DNA of 64,000 bases, from NCBI RefSeq assembly GCF_018350175.1, contig NC_058373.1, positions 111,230,001 through 111,294,000 of the forward strand. The letters run 5' to 3'. The position numbers and the translations under genes are program-made. Positions 37,711 to 50,750 of the stretch are shown here, piece after piece. The stretch's first letter is position 1. Every line of letters begins with the position of its first letter. Origin of the DNA: Felis catus (Eukaryota). The notes under the pieces were generated by a model that worked only from the letters and a program-made list of their open reading frames with translations, made no database searches and was not told where the DNA came from.

Positions 37711-38348
37711 CCTTGGCTGTTGAACATCCATGCTATTTTCAAAGACTCTGGGAAGAACTGAAGGACAAAGTATGAATTAAACACCAGTCTGCAGGGAGAT
37801 AGTAACCAGGAGGAGGGACAAGATACTTACAAAAGATCATACCCACCCAAGGGGGATCATGCTGCCTGGAAGTCTAGGTAGAACCCGTGTAGGCCTCTGG
37901 ACGTGCCTGGATTGTCAGCTGTGACCAACTTGTGTATCAGATGACATCCCTATTGTAGACTCTCCAAGACCCCATTAACTTAGTGCATTGATGATACCTC
38001 CTGGCCACAGTCGGTGCCACCTGTCCCATGAGGCTGGATGACATAATGTGATTGGTTGGGTATACAAACCCACCCCACTACTGGTTGAAAAAATAACTCA
38101 AAGTACAAAGCCTCCTGAGTATGGGTTGGGTCATTGCCCCATTGGGTCATTGAATCATTCACTGGCTGGCTATCTATTTTTTAGTTCTGTGTGCTGTGCT
38201 GGATACTACACTGAAAACATGTTTTTCTGCCCCTCTCCTGAGCACATTTCCCAAATCTCTAGGATTATTCCACTTAGCCCTTCCCAGCTTTAAACGGCTT
38301 ATGCTTTGATATAAAGTTTTAGAATGTTGGCACTAAACAGATTCTAGA

Positions 38349-38700
38349 TAGTGGTATCCTGGAGCTGGCTCATAGTAACTTGTAAGAATTGATTGTTAAA
38401 TTTTCCAGAATTTAACAAGCCAATTGCTAACACAGCCATTATCAAAAATTACATCATATAAACTTACAGGTGAATAAATTATATTAAAAGCAAAGGTAAT
38501 GAATACTCAAAACCCATTGCTTCATAATTACTTCCCCACATGGTATATGCTATGGCATGCTCAACTCTGTATTCAATGATGTGACATTGGTGGCTTGAGT
38601 GTAGCCATGGTGGTAGTATTTACACCACAGAAATCAGCAAACACTACAAATCAGCACTCCCCACTCCCCAGACTATAATTAAACATTTCCTTGCACACTG
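38349..38700 (+). mobile_element. MER63-like hAT (Blackjack-group) non-autonomous transposon
   Basis: CTGGAGCTGGCTCATA...GATTGTTAAATTTTCCAGAATT...ACACAGCCATTATCAAAAATT...TATAAACTTACA matches recalled MER63 consensus. Confidence 0.75.
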
Positions 38701-39782
38701 CCCCTAGAGATAATCACATCTGGCGAATTTCACTATGTTTCGGCCAAGGAGATCCCCTGAGAGTCTTTGGTTGCTGCCTGAATGAGGAAGCAGAGGAGGT
38801 GTTGGGCAAAGTGAGAACAGGTGGGGCTCTCCCCATGGCCCCAGCCCCGAACTAGGCCAACGGCACAGTTGTTTGTTTTTAATATAAACTTATATACAAA
38901 AGTTTGTCTGAGTAAAGTTCTTTCCACAGTTAAAAATAATGGAAAGTGACTAATTACAGTTCAGGAAATGGAACTTTTTACAGTTCGGATCCAGAGGAGG
39001 GAAGTGACTTACTCTAGGTCCTGCAAAGCCTAGTCCGCTGAGTTGTGGGAGGGAGCCAACACGAAGGGCTCCTCATAGCCGGAGACAGCTCCCATAGACA
39101 CTCATGGGAGCCACCTTCAGGGCTCCTCCCAGATGGGTGGTCCTCCCAAAACAATGTCCCAATCGAGGACACTGGGTTGTGGACTCCCAACCAAGCCTTG
39201 CGATTGCTTTTCTCGAAGAATGGAAATCCCTCTCCATACCTCTGAAGGACTGGCTGCATTTCTGGATCCATATTCCCGGATTTGAGGCCAAGTTGAAAAT
39301 CTTACCCTCACAAACAGGTTTTTACATTTGCTCCCAACTTTCAGTTGGGGAAACCTGCTTGAAGCCTTAACAAACCAACCAACAAAACAAAACAAAACAG
39401 CTGTTTTATTTTTTATGACTCAAAGGCAGAAAGGGATGTCAAGTCTGGCCGGAGAGCAAGTGGATGTGGTGGCAGTAGGGGTGTGGTTGATAGGGGAGAG
39501 TGGAAGGCAGGGGATGTGGGGAGAGAAGAGAAAAAGACACCTTTAAAAAAATAATTTTAGGGGTAAGAAAATTTAGCTATAGGTGTCAAGGAGAGTCCAA
39601 TTTCCTGAGACTTCTAAAGTCTTGCTAATTGCTTCCTTCTTGCAAAACCTGGTCTCATGTGTTATCTGTCAGTTGTGCTTTCTTATGCAATCCGCATTAC
39701 ACAGTGCCCAATGTGGACACGGATGTGTTGCACAAACACATCTTTGTAGTAACACCACAATGAAGAATTCTGCAATAAGTGT

Positions 39783-40200
39783 TGTATGAATTTTCTAGGG
39801 CTACCGTAATGAAATACCACAGACTGACTGCTTTAAACAACAGAAATATATTTTCTCACAGTTAGGTTAGAAGTTCAAGATCAAGATGTGGACTGGTTTG
39901 GTTTTTCCTGAGACCTCTCTCCTTGTCTTTCAGGTGGGCACCTTCCTGCTGTGTCTTCACATGGTCTTCTTCTGTGAGTGGACATGTTTGATGTCTCTGT
40001 GTGTCCAAATTTCCTTTTCTAAGGACCTCAGATTAGATGAGAGCTCGTCCTAATGGCCTCAATTTACCTTAATCACCTTTTTAAAAACTTATCTCCAAAT
40101 ACTGTTACCTTTTGAGGTAACTCAGATGTCTGAGGGAATTCATACATTGAAGTCAGGACTCTGACTTATGAATTCAGGGGATACAATTCAGCACATAACA
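39783..40200 (-). mobile_element. MaLR LTR (MLT1A-C-like)
   Basis: TAGGGCTACCGTAATGAAATACCACAGACTG...AACAACAGAAAT...ACAATTCAGCACATAACA. Confidence 0.85.
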
Positions 40201-42004
40201 AGTATTTAGGACCCATTTATCCTATACTACATGAAAAGGATCCCAGTCACATACTTGGATATTAATGGTGTCCCCCCATTGACATCAAAAGGTTTTATCA
40301 TGTACACAGATTCACTGCCATGCATTGGACTGGGAGCTCATCAGGTGAAATGCTTAAAAAAAATAATCTCATGTTAGCTTAAAGAATTTTGAAAGTTCTA
40401 TCTCTCCTCCAAATCACCGTTTTGTCTGTTATTACAGGAGTTTATTTTCATAGGTGGGAAGTCCTCAAAGGATTTTCAATATTATCAGAAGCTACTGATG
40501 ACATGGAAACAGGTGTAATGGCTGAACGCGGCTGGAAGTAATAACCTTGGTCAAGGTGAACAGGGTAGGTGAAGGTCAAACTGTTCCATCTGAAGCATGT
40601 ATTGAGTACTTTGTCTTGTGCTCTATCACCCATTCCTTCATTCTTTCCTGAATCTATCAGTCTTTGCCAGGCATCTAGAATGGGCTGGGCAACTGCAGAT
40701 ACACAGGTGAGTAGTGTTATCAAGTCCCTGCTTTTGTGAGTTTACAGATTAGCTATGTTAACTATTAAAAAATGATTCAAACAAACACAGCCCTTACCTT
40801 TACAAACAGAAAGGATCCGGCAGGGATTAGGAAATCACTTCTGGAGCCAGACTACGCCTGCAAGATCTGTGTAGGCAAAAATGGGTGCCCACTCCTGATT
40901 CTCTGTACCCAGGAAACTGGTGATGGGGTACTGGTCCAGTACCTCCAACCATGTTTGCCAGGAAACAGCAGACAAAGTGGACCATAGTCTCCTCTCACAT
41001 CTCAAGAGGGTGCTTCTGTTGTGCATTTTTCCATATGGGAGGAGCTCTGTTAGTGCAACACTCCTGCCCTCCCTGCATCCCTTCACATTCTCCTTCCCAG
41101 GGGAGGTGGAATGACAGAGCCGATTGGCAAGTTGGAAGAAGAAACTTGACATGCGTGCAAGAGTCCCCACCTCTTCTCTTTCTTTTGGGAGTAAGTCGCC
41201 CCCTGGGAATGTGTCTTCTGCTCGGCATTTCTAGGGACAAGGTTTCCCCTGCCAGGGAGGAATGTGGTTTCCCAGTGTGGCCTGAGCCTGGCTTGGTAAA
41301 TTGGTCTGATGTTGGAGTTCAGTGTTAGGAAGCTTACTTGCCTATAGTAACACTTGCTAATGCAGATTTATAGGAAATAAAGGTAATGGTTTGAATTTGA
41401 TATGCCAACTTTTTCCTTTCTTTTTCTTGTTTCCCTGTTGATTGAGAATCTGGTGAGGAAACTAGATCTGGTGACATGGATGCAAACTCGCCTTGTGCTT
41501 CTGTCTGCCATGATGCCTGCTGTTGGGATGACTCAGTCACTCTTGAAACATTGCACACCCATTTCTCACGTGATCCTTATAACAACCTGTTGGCAAGGGC
41601 AGGACTGGATTTATCAGCTGAGGAGCTAAGGCCACAACTATTAGTGCTTCCAGACTATTCCATATTGTGATACACACAGGAAGTTGAAAAAAAAGTATAC
41701 ATCTACATGCATATCAATCTATGCATCTGTACCCATATCCATGCCTCACCACGGAGAAGGGATGAGGCTGCTGGCACCAGAGGGGACAAGCTCAGAGATC
41801 TTGGCTGTCCAAGGCCGTACTTGCTTATTGAAAGCAGTGAGAAGAGCAATATATCAGCATACCTGTAGACCCATTCTTTGCCCACCAGTTGGAAAGTTCT
41901 AGCTAGGAGAAGCATGCTAACTAGTTCAAGGCCACACAGTTAATATACAGAATTTGAACCCAGATCCTCTGAGTCTAACTCTAAAGAATCTCAAACACAG
42001 TCTT

Positions 42005-42221
42005 GGGGCGCCTGGGTGGCACAGTCGGTTGAGTGTCCGACTTCAGCCAGGTCACGATCTCGCGGTCCGTGAGTTCGAGCCCCGCATCAGGCTCTGGGCT
42101 GATGGCTCAGAGCCTGGAGCCTGTTTCTGATTCTGTGTCTCCCTCTCTCTCTGCCCCTCCCCCATTCATGCTCTGTCTCTCTCTGTCCCAAAAATAAATA
42201 AGCGTTGAAAAAAAAAATTTA
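42005..42221 (+). mobile_element. Young SINEC_Fc-type SINE
   Basis: Perfect 21-bp TSD AAAGAATCTCAAACACAGTCT at 41983-42003 and 42222-42242. Confidence 0.97.
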
Positions 42222-42613
42222 AAAGAATCTCAAACACAGTCTGAAATGGGGGAGGCAGTTGTTACCATCATTCATGTTCCCTCTGGCTTGCTGGGTCAGG
42301 GAAGGTTCAAAGCGATGGCCTCTCATCTGGTCTGTGTCGACTGGACCAATCCCTATCCGGGGATGCAGTCTGCCTCCTGTCGGGTCTCCCCCTTTCTGAA
42401 CTGGAGCAGATGTTTCCAGTTACCTTCTGGAGAAGGGAGTTCAGAGGAGTCTGTATTAAGGTCTCCTGATCTGGTCTAGTGCTCCGCCACGGGGAGACAG
42501 TACCTACTGGATAGCTAAGGTGCTTCCCTATTTCTAAATACAGGCAAAGCCCTCATCTCCAATGTGATGAAAACAGTAGATGGAAAACAGTAGATTAATT
42601 TAAAACATTATTT

Positions 42614-42860
42614 AGGGGAGCCTGGGTGGCTCGGTCAATTGAACATCCGACTTCGGCCCGGGTCGTGATCTCATGGTCCGTGGGTTCGAACCCCGCACCG
42701 GGATCTGTGCTGATAGCTCAGAGCCTGGAGCCTGCTTCTGGTCCTGTGTCTCCCTCTCTTTCTGCGCCGACCCTCCCCACCCCCCGGCCTCCACTTGTGT
42801 TCTGTCTCTGTCTCTGTCTCTCTCAAAAATGAATAAACCTTAAAAAACTTTTTAAAATAA
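42614..42860 (+). mobile_element. Felid Can-SINE
   Basis: GGGGAGCCTGGGTGGCTCGG head, GGTTCGAACCCC B-box, A-rich tail. Confidence 0.92.
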
Positions 42861-43387
42861 AATATTATTTAAAGGGTAGCCATGAGAAACATACCTTAAA
42901 CTTCTTATTTTAACTTAAAACATATACAGGTATGTTCAGGCACCATTTTTTTTTTTTTTTTTTTAAGTAGGATCAAGGCATTTTCTTGGTGCAGGCTTCT
43001 ATTAATTGGAATTTGTTTTATCTTTCTTGTATTGACTATACTAACAATCCATTTATCCTATATATATTTACTGTGTTCGTTCTATGAACCTGGCATATTC
43101 TAGGTGCTGGAGATATAGCAGTGACCAACACAAAGTCTCCACACTTGTGGAGTTTACATTCTATCAGAATCTTTGGTAAGTTCCAGTTCAGGTTTCTTTA
43201 AAGAAGAGGGAGAACTTAAAGACATAAGACAATCAGAGTACAGAATCATCCTAAGATGTTTATGATTTTTCTCCCCAGTCTTTCTCAAATGTCTCCCATA
43301 CCAGTTCAACAGGACTTTTTGTGTGACTTGTCCTTAAATGTTAATTTAAGGACAAAACATTAAATGTTTTCATAGGAACAAAACCTC

Positions 43388-43586
43388 TTTTTTTAATTAA
43401 AAATTTTTTAGAGAGAGAGAGAGAGTACACAAGCAGGGGAAAGGGGCAGAAGGAAAGAGAGAGAGAGAGTCCCCAGCAGGCTCTGTGCAGAACCCAACAT
43501 GGGGCTCGATCCCACAACCGTGGGATCATGACCTGAGCTGAAGTCAAGGGATGGATGCTCAACTGACTGAGCCACCCAGGCTCCCC
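43388..43586 (-). mobile_element. Can-SINE
   Basis: Reverse head CTGAGCCACCCAGGCTCCCC, (GA)n, T-rich tail. Confidence 0.92.
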
Positions 43587-44635
43587 AAGCCTCTTTCTTT
43601 GTACTCACATTTCATTGGTTTTCACAATAATTAAGTCACACAACCAGAATTGCAAGGACAGTGGGCAGAACTGTGGGAACAAATGGCCCTGACCCATTGG
43701 AAGCACTCAGCTCAATCTGTGGAACAGAAGCACCTGAGGGAACCTCTCCTAGTCGAGCATCCGGCATGCTGTGGGCACACTGGGTTTTCTAGAGGAAGCA
43801 GAGAGCCTCCATTAACCTGGTGACTTGGTCAGGAGGAGGTCAGTTTTAAAAGCTTCTGCCACACTGACTCCCTGGTCCTCTCCAGACCAAATATATACTG
43901 AGCTTTGAGACTGCAGTATTTTATTAAAGGGCTCAAGTACTTATTCCAAAGCTTTACAAGGATGGGGGAAACTAGGAGTTATGCTTAGGTTTTACTCTGT
44001 TTTTATAAAACTGCATATTTCTCTTATTGCTATGGCTTGGCAACTGTTTTCCTGGCCTGGATTTCACAGCAAAGAGCCCTCCTATTTACTAGCTGAAAAT
44101 GCCCCGTCCAGAACCATTCATGACAAACGGTGCAGGGCTCAAGTAGTTGATCTCTGATGACCACGTTTCTCCCCGATAGCAGAGGGTAAGTATTCAGTTC
44201 ATCCTCTGTAGCAAACGCCTGCTCATTGGGAGAGCCCATTGTCCTCTCGTTTGTAAAAGGAGAGAAGAGAGTATGTGCCTGTGTGTCCCGACAACAGCTC
44301 ACCAGAAAGAGCCACGTGAGGAACAAACAGGCCATCATGATGAGAAGTCAAGGATAAAGGTTGTCCAGTGTCCCACAGTGCTCCTAAAATGACAGTGACG
44401 TGATAGAGATTGCTTAATAGATCTGCTTAATGTTACAAACACGGAACCTCAGACACTTGAGGAAAATGACTTGCAGAAGACAGAGCTAGCCTGAGGCAAA
44501 GCGGGAGTAAAAAGTCTCTGGCAGTCAGTCATTGGTTCCCTCTACTATACCTGCTGTTCTCAAAGGAGGGTCCACAGACTCCTGGGGATCCCTGCAACAC
44601 TTCTGAGGGGTTCATGAAGTCAAAATGATTCTCAT

Positions 44636-44730
44636 GGTGGCACCTGGGAGGCCCAAAGCCTCTGTCTCCCTCTCTCTCTGCCCCTCCCCCTCTCACACTT
44701 TCTCTCTCAGAAATAAACATTAAAAGAAAA
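44636..44730 (+). mobile_element. Internally deleted Can-SINE
   Basis: Head GGTGGCACCTGGG joined almost directly to the CT tract and AATAAA tail. Confidence 0.7.
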
Positions 44731-44737
44731 GATTTTC

Positions 44738-44960
44738 GGGGCACCTGGGTGTCTCAGTCGGTTGGACATCCGACTTTGGCTCAGGTCACCATCTCGTGGT
44801 CCTTGAGTTCGAGCCCCGTGTTGGGCTCTGTGCTGACAGCTCAGAGCCTAGAGCCTGCTTTGGATTCTGTGTCTCTCTCTCTCTGCCCATCCCCTGCTCA
44901 TGCTCTCTCTCTCTCTCTCTTTCTTTCTCTCTCTCAAAAAATGAATAAACATTAAAAAAA
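44738..44960 (+). mobile_element. Felid Can-SINE
   Basis: Full body with GTTCGAGCCCC B-box and A tail. Confidence 0.93.
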
Positions 44961-45132
44961 ATATTTTCATAATAATACTATGATTGTTTTGCCCTTTGCA
45001 CTATGTTAACATTTACACTGAAGGTACGAAAGCAATGGTGGGTAAAACTCCTAGCTTCTGGGCGCGAATCGAGGCAGGCATCAGGGTGTACTAGTCATCC
45101 TTGCCACACACTTAAAAACAAATGCCAGTTTT

Positions 45133-45362
45133 GGGGCGCCTGGGTGGCGCAGTCGGTTAAGCGTCCGACTTCAGCCAGGTCACGATCTCGCAGTCCGTGA
45201 GTTCGAGCCCCTCGTCAGGCTCTGGGCTGATGGCTCAGAGCCTGGAGCCTGCTTCCGATTCTGTGTCTCCCTCTCTCTCTGCCCCTCCCCCGTTCATGCT
45301 CTGTCTCTCTCTGTCCCAAAAAAAATAAATAAACGTTGAAAAAAAATAAATAAAAAAAAAAT
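45133..45362 (+). mobile_element. Young SINEC_Fc-type SINE
   Basis: TSD AAATGCCAGTTT at 45120-45131 and 45363-45374. Confidence 0.96.
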
Positions 45363-45415
45363 AAATGCCAGTTTCATTTAAGGATGTCCTTGATGAAGCA
45401 GTAAAAATGATTACC

Positions 45416-45608
45416 TTATTTATTTATTTATTTATTTTTAATGTTTTATTTATTTTTGAGAGAGCACAAGCAGAGGAGGGGCAGAGGATCCAAAAGCAGG
45501 CTCTGCAGTGACAGTAGTGAGCCCAACGTGGGGCTTGAACCCATGAGCCGCGAGATCATGACCTGAGCCAAAGTCAGACGTGTAACTGACTGAGCCCCCA
45601 GGTGCCCC
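45416..45608 (-). mobile_element. Can-SINE
   Basis: (TTTA)n tail, reverse head GAGCCCCCAGGTGCCCC. Confidence 0.9.
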
Positions 45609-45785
45609 TGATTAGTCTTTTTAAGTACCAACACTTTTCAAAATATTCTATGTAACAAAACGGGGAGTATGCATAAATACTTTTATTGCATTTTGGGGTA
45701 TGATGGTTACCTCTAGGAAGTGTACTGAGGCGATAAATCTGTGCGTTGAACTAGCCATTTTTTTTCATGGAGCATCTTTTCTTTC

Positions 45786-45790
<5 letters not shown>

Positions 45791-45832
<42 letters not shown>
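45791..45832. repeat. (CT)n microsatellite
   Basis: Directly visible. Confidence 0.97.
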
Positions 45833-45840
<8 letters not shown>

Positions 45841-46560
45841 CTTTGATTGAAAGACTAAATGACAAAGAGTGCTTTTTCAGACCGGGTATTTGGCAGATAT
45901 TTTCTTTAAATGAACAAAGGGAGTCTGTCACTTCGAGGAAAACAACTGATGGTATTTGTTGCCAATGATAAAATTTGAACTTCCAAGGGAAAATGAGAAT
46001 TTTGGAAAACTCGTATCTATTACTGTGGAGCTTGACAGCTTCCTAATATTTGGGCTTTTCTAATGAGATGGATGGTGATATTAATGAATGTGATTTTTAA
46101 ATATTGTATAATGAAATTATGAACATTTAGAATATTTGTATAATTCAATAAACCAGCATTTTTCAATGCACGGTATTACAAGTCATACATGGATAAAAGA
46201 TCCAATCAAAGCTCATAATAAAGCAATGGATTTTAATGTAACAGTATACAAAAACATATTATGCTTTCATATTTCACACTGCAACTACCCTTTAACTTGC
46301 TACATTTTGGTGCAGCATCAGAAAGAATATCTAAAAATATTCAAAATGCTATTAAATATTCTGTTTTTCCAGCTATTATCTGTGTAAAGTCAGACTTTCT
46401 TCATATACTTCAACCAAAACAACACATTGCAACCTATTGAGTACAAAAGTAGATATGGGAATCCATATTGCAAAAAATTGCAAAAATGGAATGCACTATT
46501 ACTCTTCCCACTAATTCTTTTTTATTTTGGAAGTTTTTTTAAATGAAAATATTTATTTAT

Positions 46561-46771
46561 GGGGCACCTGGGTGGCTCAGTCGGCTGAGCGTCCGACTGG
46601 CTCAGGTTGTAATCTCGCAGTTTGTAGGTTTGAGCCCCACATCGGGCTCTATGCTGACAGCTCGGGGCCTGGAGCCTGCTTCAGATTCTGTGTCCCCCTC
46701 TTTCTCTGCCCCTCCCCTATTTGCACTCTGTCTCTCTCTCAAAAATAAATAAAAAACATTTTTTAAAAAAG
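46561..46771 (+). mobile_element. Felid Can-SINE
   Basis: GGGGCACCTGGGTGGCTCAGTCGG head; flanking GAAAATATTTAT copies. Confidence 0.93.
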
Positions 46772-47037
46772 GAAAATATTTATGTTATTTCTATTATGGT
46801 AAAATGTCATTTATGTTAACATGTAATCAATTTATTTTTGTTAGTTTTAATTAATGAATAAACATTTCAATAAAACTTTTCTACTAATCAACATAATCTA
46901 CATAAATTTTAAGGTGTAAAATGGTCCTAAGACTAAAAAGTTTGAGAACTGCTACATCATACCAGGCTGCCTTCCAGAAAGTAGACTGGAGGAGTACTTC
47001 TTTTCTCCTTTACACAAATAAGCCCGTGCTATTATTG

Positions 47038-47242
47038 TTTTATTTTATTTTAAAGTTTATTTATTTTCAGAGAGAGAGAGGGAGAGGGAGAGGGAGAGGG
47101 AGAGGGAGAGGGAGAGAGAGAATCCCAAGCAGGCTCCTTGCTGTCAGCACAGAACCAGACGAGATCTCACAAACCATGAGATCATGACCTGAGCCGAAAC
47201 CAAGAGTCAGACGCTTAGCTGACTGAACCACCCAGGCACCTC
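47038..47242 (-). mobile_element. Can-SINE with (GAGAGG)n tract
   Basis: Reverse head GAACCACCCAGGCACCTC. Confidence 0.9.
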
Positions 47243-48980
47243 CAAAACTACTGTTGTTGTTTTTTTTTTTTAATCCAACCAGCCTTCTTCCTTGAGAACT
47301 GTTAAGAAGTAAAGAAAACTGCAAAAGAACTACAGATTCCTGAAATCAAAGGAACAAAAACAATGGGAGAAGGCAACAGAAGCAAATAAATGAGTTTCTC
47401 CAGAGCTGTGCAAGGTTGACCAGGACTCCCCTCCCTGCAGCCCGGTGGGAGTTGCTGTTTCTTTTTGCATCATGGGCCTGGCCTCATGCCCACTCCCTAA
47501 GCCTCAACCCTGTCCCAGAATGCTGTTCTCTGGGGCCTCGAAACATACATGGATGTGTTAAAGCCTTGGGCGGCTTGGCACCCCACAGCCCTCGCTCCCA
47601 GTACCGTCTCTGGGTTACAATGCAGGGAAAGGCACTAATCAGATTGTGCCTCCACCAGCCCCTGTTGTGAGGTTTAGGCCCAAGATGAGAAGGGAAGGCC
47701 CCTGTTTCTGGACTGAAAAGGAAATGTAAATCTCTCACAGGCCACGTGCCAGAAGCTGCCGGGAGACCATTTCCCTGTTAGTAAACAGGGCCTCCTGGGC
47801 CATCTTTCTCTTCTTTAATAACCTGTGGGGCACCTATTGATTGCACATGCTGGTCCCTCATAAATTATAACAGGGATGCCTCCTAGTTGCTCTGGAGCTG
47901 CGTGGATGGGAAAATTGGCTCACTAATACCTCATGCTCATGGAGCACAGTGTATTGCGCCACATAAACATGAAGAATATGTACCATCAGGCACCGAGAAC
48001 GCACAGGAAACAACTCTAGCGGCTGCAGAGGCTTCTGGGCATGCTGCAGACTTTAATTAGCCAGTTTCTTCCACTGGTACTGGAGAGTGGCAGAAATGCT
48101 GATTACATGCCTCCTCCTGCAGAATGCTCTGCTTTCGGTTGTGGGCGGGGGGGGGGGGGGGGTCAAGCTCTGGTGGGTGGGTGATGGGTCTGCTCTCATC
48201 CCTGCCCCCTCACCAGGATGGGAGCTGGCGCATAGGAGGGAAGGTTCATCTTTTGTGCTCGAGCGCCTAGTTAGGAATCAAGACACATCTACACTCACTG
48301 CCACCTACAGCTGTATGATCTTGGGTAAATCCCTTAATCCCTCTGAATCTGCATCCCATCTGGGAAGTGGAGAAAGTAATATACCTAGTTGGTTGTGAGG
48401 TTTGAGGGAAATAAGGGCTGACCTGGTGCCCTGTATGTTCTCAGTAAATACTTGGTGAAACTGAATTCGAATCAGCTAAAGGTCACGGTGGCAGGTATAG
48501 GTCTGAAACGATTTCCTTCTCCCGCCTCCAGAATCTGGCATCCACCACTACCTGTAGCCAACACCTGGCTCTTTAAGTAAGAAGTGAGGCCACGGAACTC
48601 CCAGCTTGACTGGAAATGGTTCTCACATCCCTCTGTCTTCCTGTGCCCCTCCTGACTTGGCTTCTGAATTTAAAATTCACTTCACAGGGCACCTTTCTAA
48701 AGTGGACAGTAAACAGAAAAACATGCCAGCATGGCTTACCATTCTACGAAGAAAGCTTGGCATCTACACGCTCACACTTGACAGAGACTTCAGTGTCTCT
48801 AACTTGAAGCAGGCCCTGGGCAATTGGGTCCACTTGTGCTTTTCCAAAGTGAGTAACCTTGTCCCTGCAGCTCCACTTTTGCCATGGCGTGAAAATGGAC
48901 TGGAAGGACAGTGTGTGTGTACCCATGTTTTCCTGCCACTTCCCTGGGTCCTAGAAATGATCTCTGCTGCTCTGGAATAC

Positions 48981-49412
48981 TGTGTAGGGGGTTGAATGGC
49001 GGTCCCCAAGAAGATAATCCACAGTCAGAACCCGTGCATGTGACCTTCCTTGGAAAAAGGGTTCGTACAGAGGCAATTAAATGAAGGATCTTGAGATGAG
49101 ATCATCCTGGATTCCCGGGTGGGCCCTGACCCAATGCAAAGTGTCCCTATACAGTCAGGAGGAGAAAACACAGACACAGAGAAGTCCATATGGAGATGCA
49201 AGCAGAGAGCTGCAGCCACAGGCCAAGGAGTCGCTGGGCCATCAGAAGCTGAAAGAGGCGAGCCAGGATTATTCTCTAGAGCCTTGGGAGGGAGTGTGGC
49301 CTGGCCAACACTGTTTTCAGAACTTTGGCCTCCAGAACTATGAGAGACTACATTTCTCTTGTGTTAAGCCACTTAGTTTATGGCAATTTGTGATAGCAGC
49401 TGTAGGAAACCA
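48981..49412 (+). mobile_element. MaLR LTR (MLT1B-D-like)
   Basis: GGTTGAATGGCGGTCCCCAAG...GATCTTGAGATGAGATCATCCTGGATT...TGGCCTCCAGAACTATGAGAG. Confidence 0.88.
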
Positions 49413-50307
49413 CCGCAGACGTGCTCCCAAGGATGTACCCCGGCTCGGGTACTTCTGCCACAGGAGATGCTCCTTCTCTCTCTGGGAGGATTTGCCGGAG
49501 CACCAGTCTCAGTAGCCAGGTGGGCAACCAGCTCTTGGGAAGTGCAAACACTCAGATGGGGCTGTGGCTGAGGATCCACACTGGAGACAGCATGCTGGGA
49601 TGCTTTCAGCATCTCTTGGCGGCCAAGGCATTGCAGAAATGGCCTAACTTTGGAACTAGACAGACTTTGGTTTAAAACTCAACTCCACTGTGAGCTTTGT
49701 GACTCCAGATGAACTACTTGCCCTCTCTGTGTTTCAACTTCCTCATCTATAAAATGAGGATAATAGCTCCTACCTTATAGGCAGGAGCAGATGCAGGATG
49801 AAGCCTGCGTATTTTTAGAGACCCTTTTAAAGAAGAAGAAAGCTTCAAATCCAAAATTAGGAGTGGGGCCTTGTGCTAGGGAGGGGCTCCAAGGCTTACA
49901 CTAACCCGCCTCAGCTTCCAGGGTGTTCCGAGGGTTACAGATAAAAGCATGAAGCCCTAGGCAGCCCTGGCTCCTAGCGAGTGCTTTGCAAGAGGTAAAG
50001 CTATCTGGATGAAGAATCCAACACTGAAGTGTCTACTGAAAGGCACACAGATATTTTTGTAACACACAGAAAAATGTATGATAGAATACATTCCATGGCG
50101 GGTTGCTAGTTGATGGCTTGACATCCGTTTTTCCTTTCTTTTCTGTAACAGAAAACTGACATTTTGGGGCATGCCCATGTGCTCAGCTAACACCTAGCTT
50201 TCCAAGCATCTCTTGCAAAGAGGTGTGGCCAGGAGACAAAGCTCTGGCCAAAGAAGTATAAGCAAATAGAGGTAAGACACTTCCATACAATCTTCTTACG
50301 GGAGCGT

Positions 50308-50750
50308 GTTCGCAACTGAATTGTGCCTCCCTCAACCACCATTCATACGTTGAAATCTTAATCCTTAGTATCTAAGACGATGACCTTATTTGGAAATAGG
50401 GTAATTGCAGGTATAATTAGTTAAGATGAGGTCACTAGGGTGGGCCATAGTACAACATGAATGGTGTCCTTATAAAAAGGGGAAATTTGAACAGAGAACC
50501 ACACGAGGCAGAGAATGCAGTGATGCCTGTGCAAAACTAAGGAACATCAAGAATTGTGAGCAGATTCCCTGTAGAAAGGGGAGAGGCATGGAATAGATTT
50601 GGCCTTATAGTCCTCAGAAAGAATCAGCCCTGCTGACAACTGAATTGCAGACATTTGGCTTGCAGAACCATGAGACAATAAGTACATTTCTGTTGTATTA
50701 GCCACTCAGTTTGCGGTAGGTTGTTACAGCAGCCCCAGCAAACTAACACA
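50308..50750 (+). mobile_element. MaLR LTR (MLT1B/C-like) nested in an older MLT1 (about 50100-51025)
   Basis: GACCTTATTTGGAAATAGGGTAATTGCAGGTATAATTAGTTAAGATGAGG; ends GCAGCCCCAGCAAACTAACACA. Confidence 0.85.

Larger units (their letters stand above)
44551..46954 (+). mobile_element. Charlie1-type hAT DNA transposon fossil, broken by five SINEs
   Basis: Terminal inverted repeats CTGCTGTTCTCAAA (44551-44564) and TTTGAGAACTGCTA (46941-46954); internal GAAAGCAATGGTGGGTAAAACT and TTTGTTGCCAATGATAAAATTTGAACTT. Confidence 0.85.

Noticed and set aside
40450..40570. Possible + strand exon after TTTATTTTCATAG
   Set aside because: All three frames hit stops within about 30 codons and no recognisable peptide or strong donor follows.
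42005..42085. tRNA-like A-box/B-box sequences
   Set aside because: They are the tRNA-derived heads of SINEs, followed by SINE bodies, poly-A tails and TSDs; not tRNA genes.
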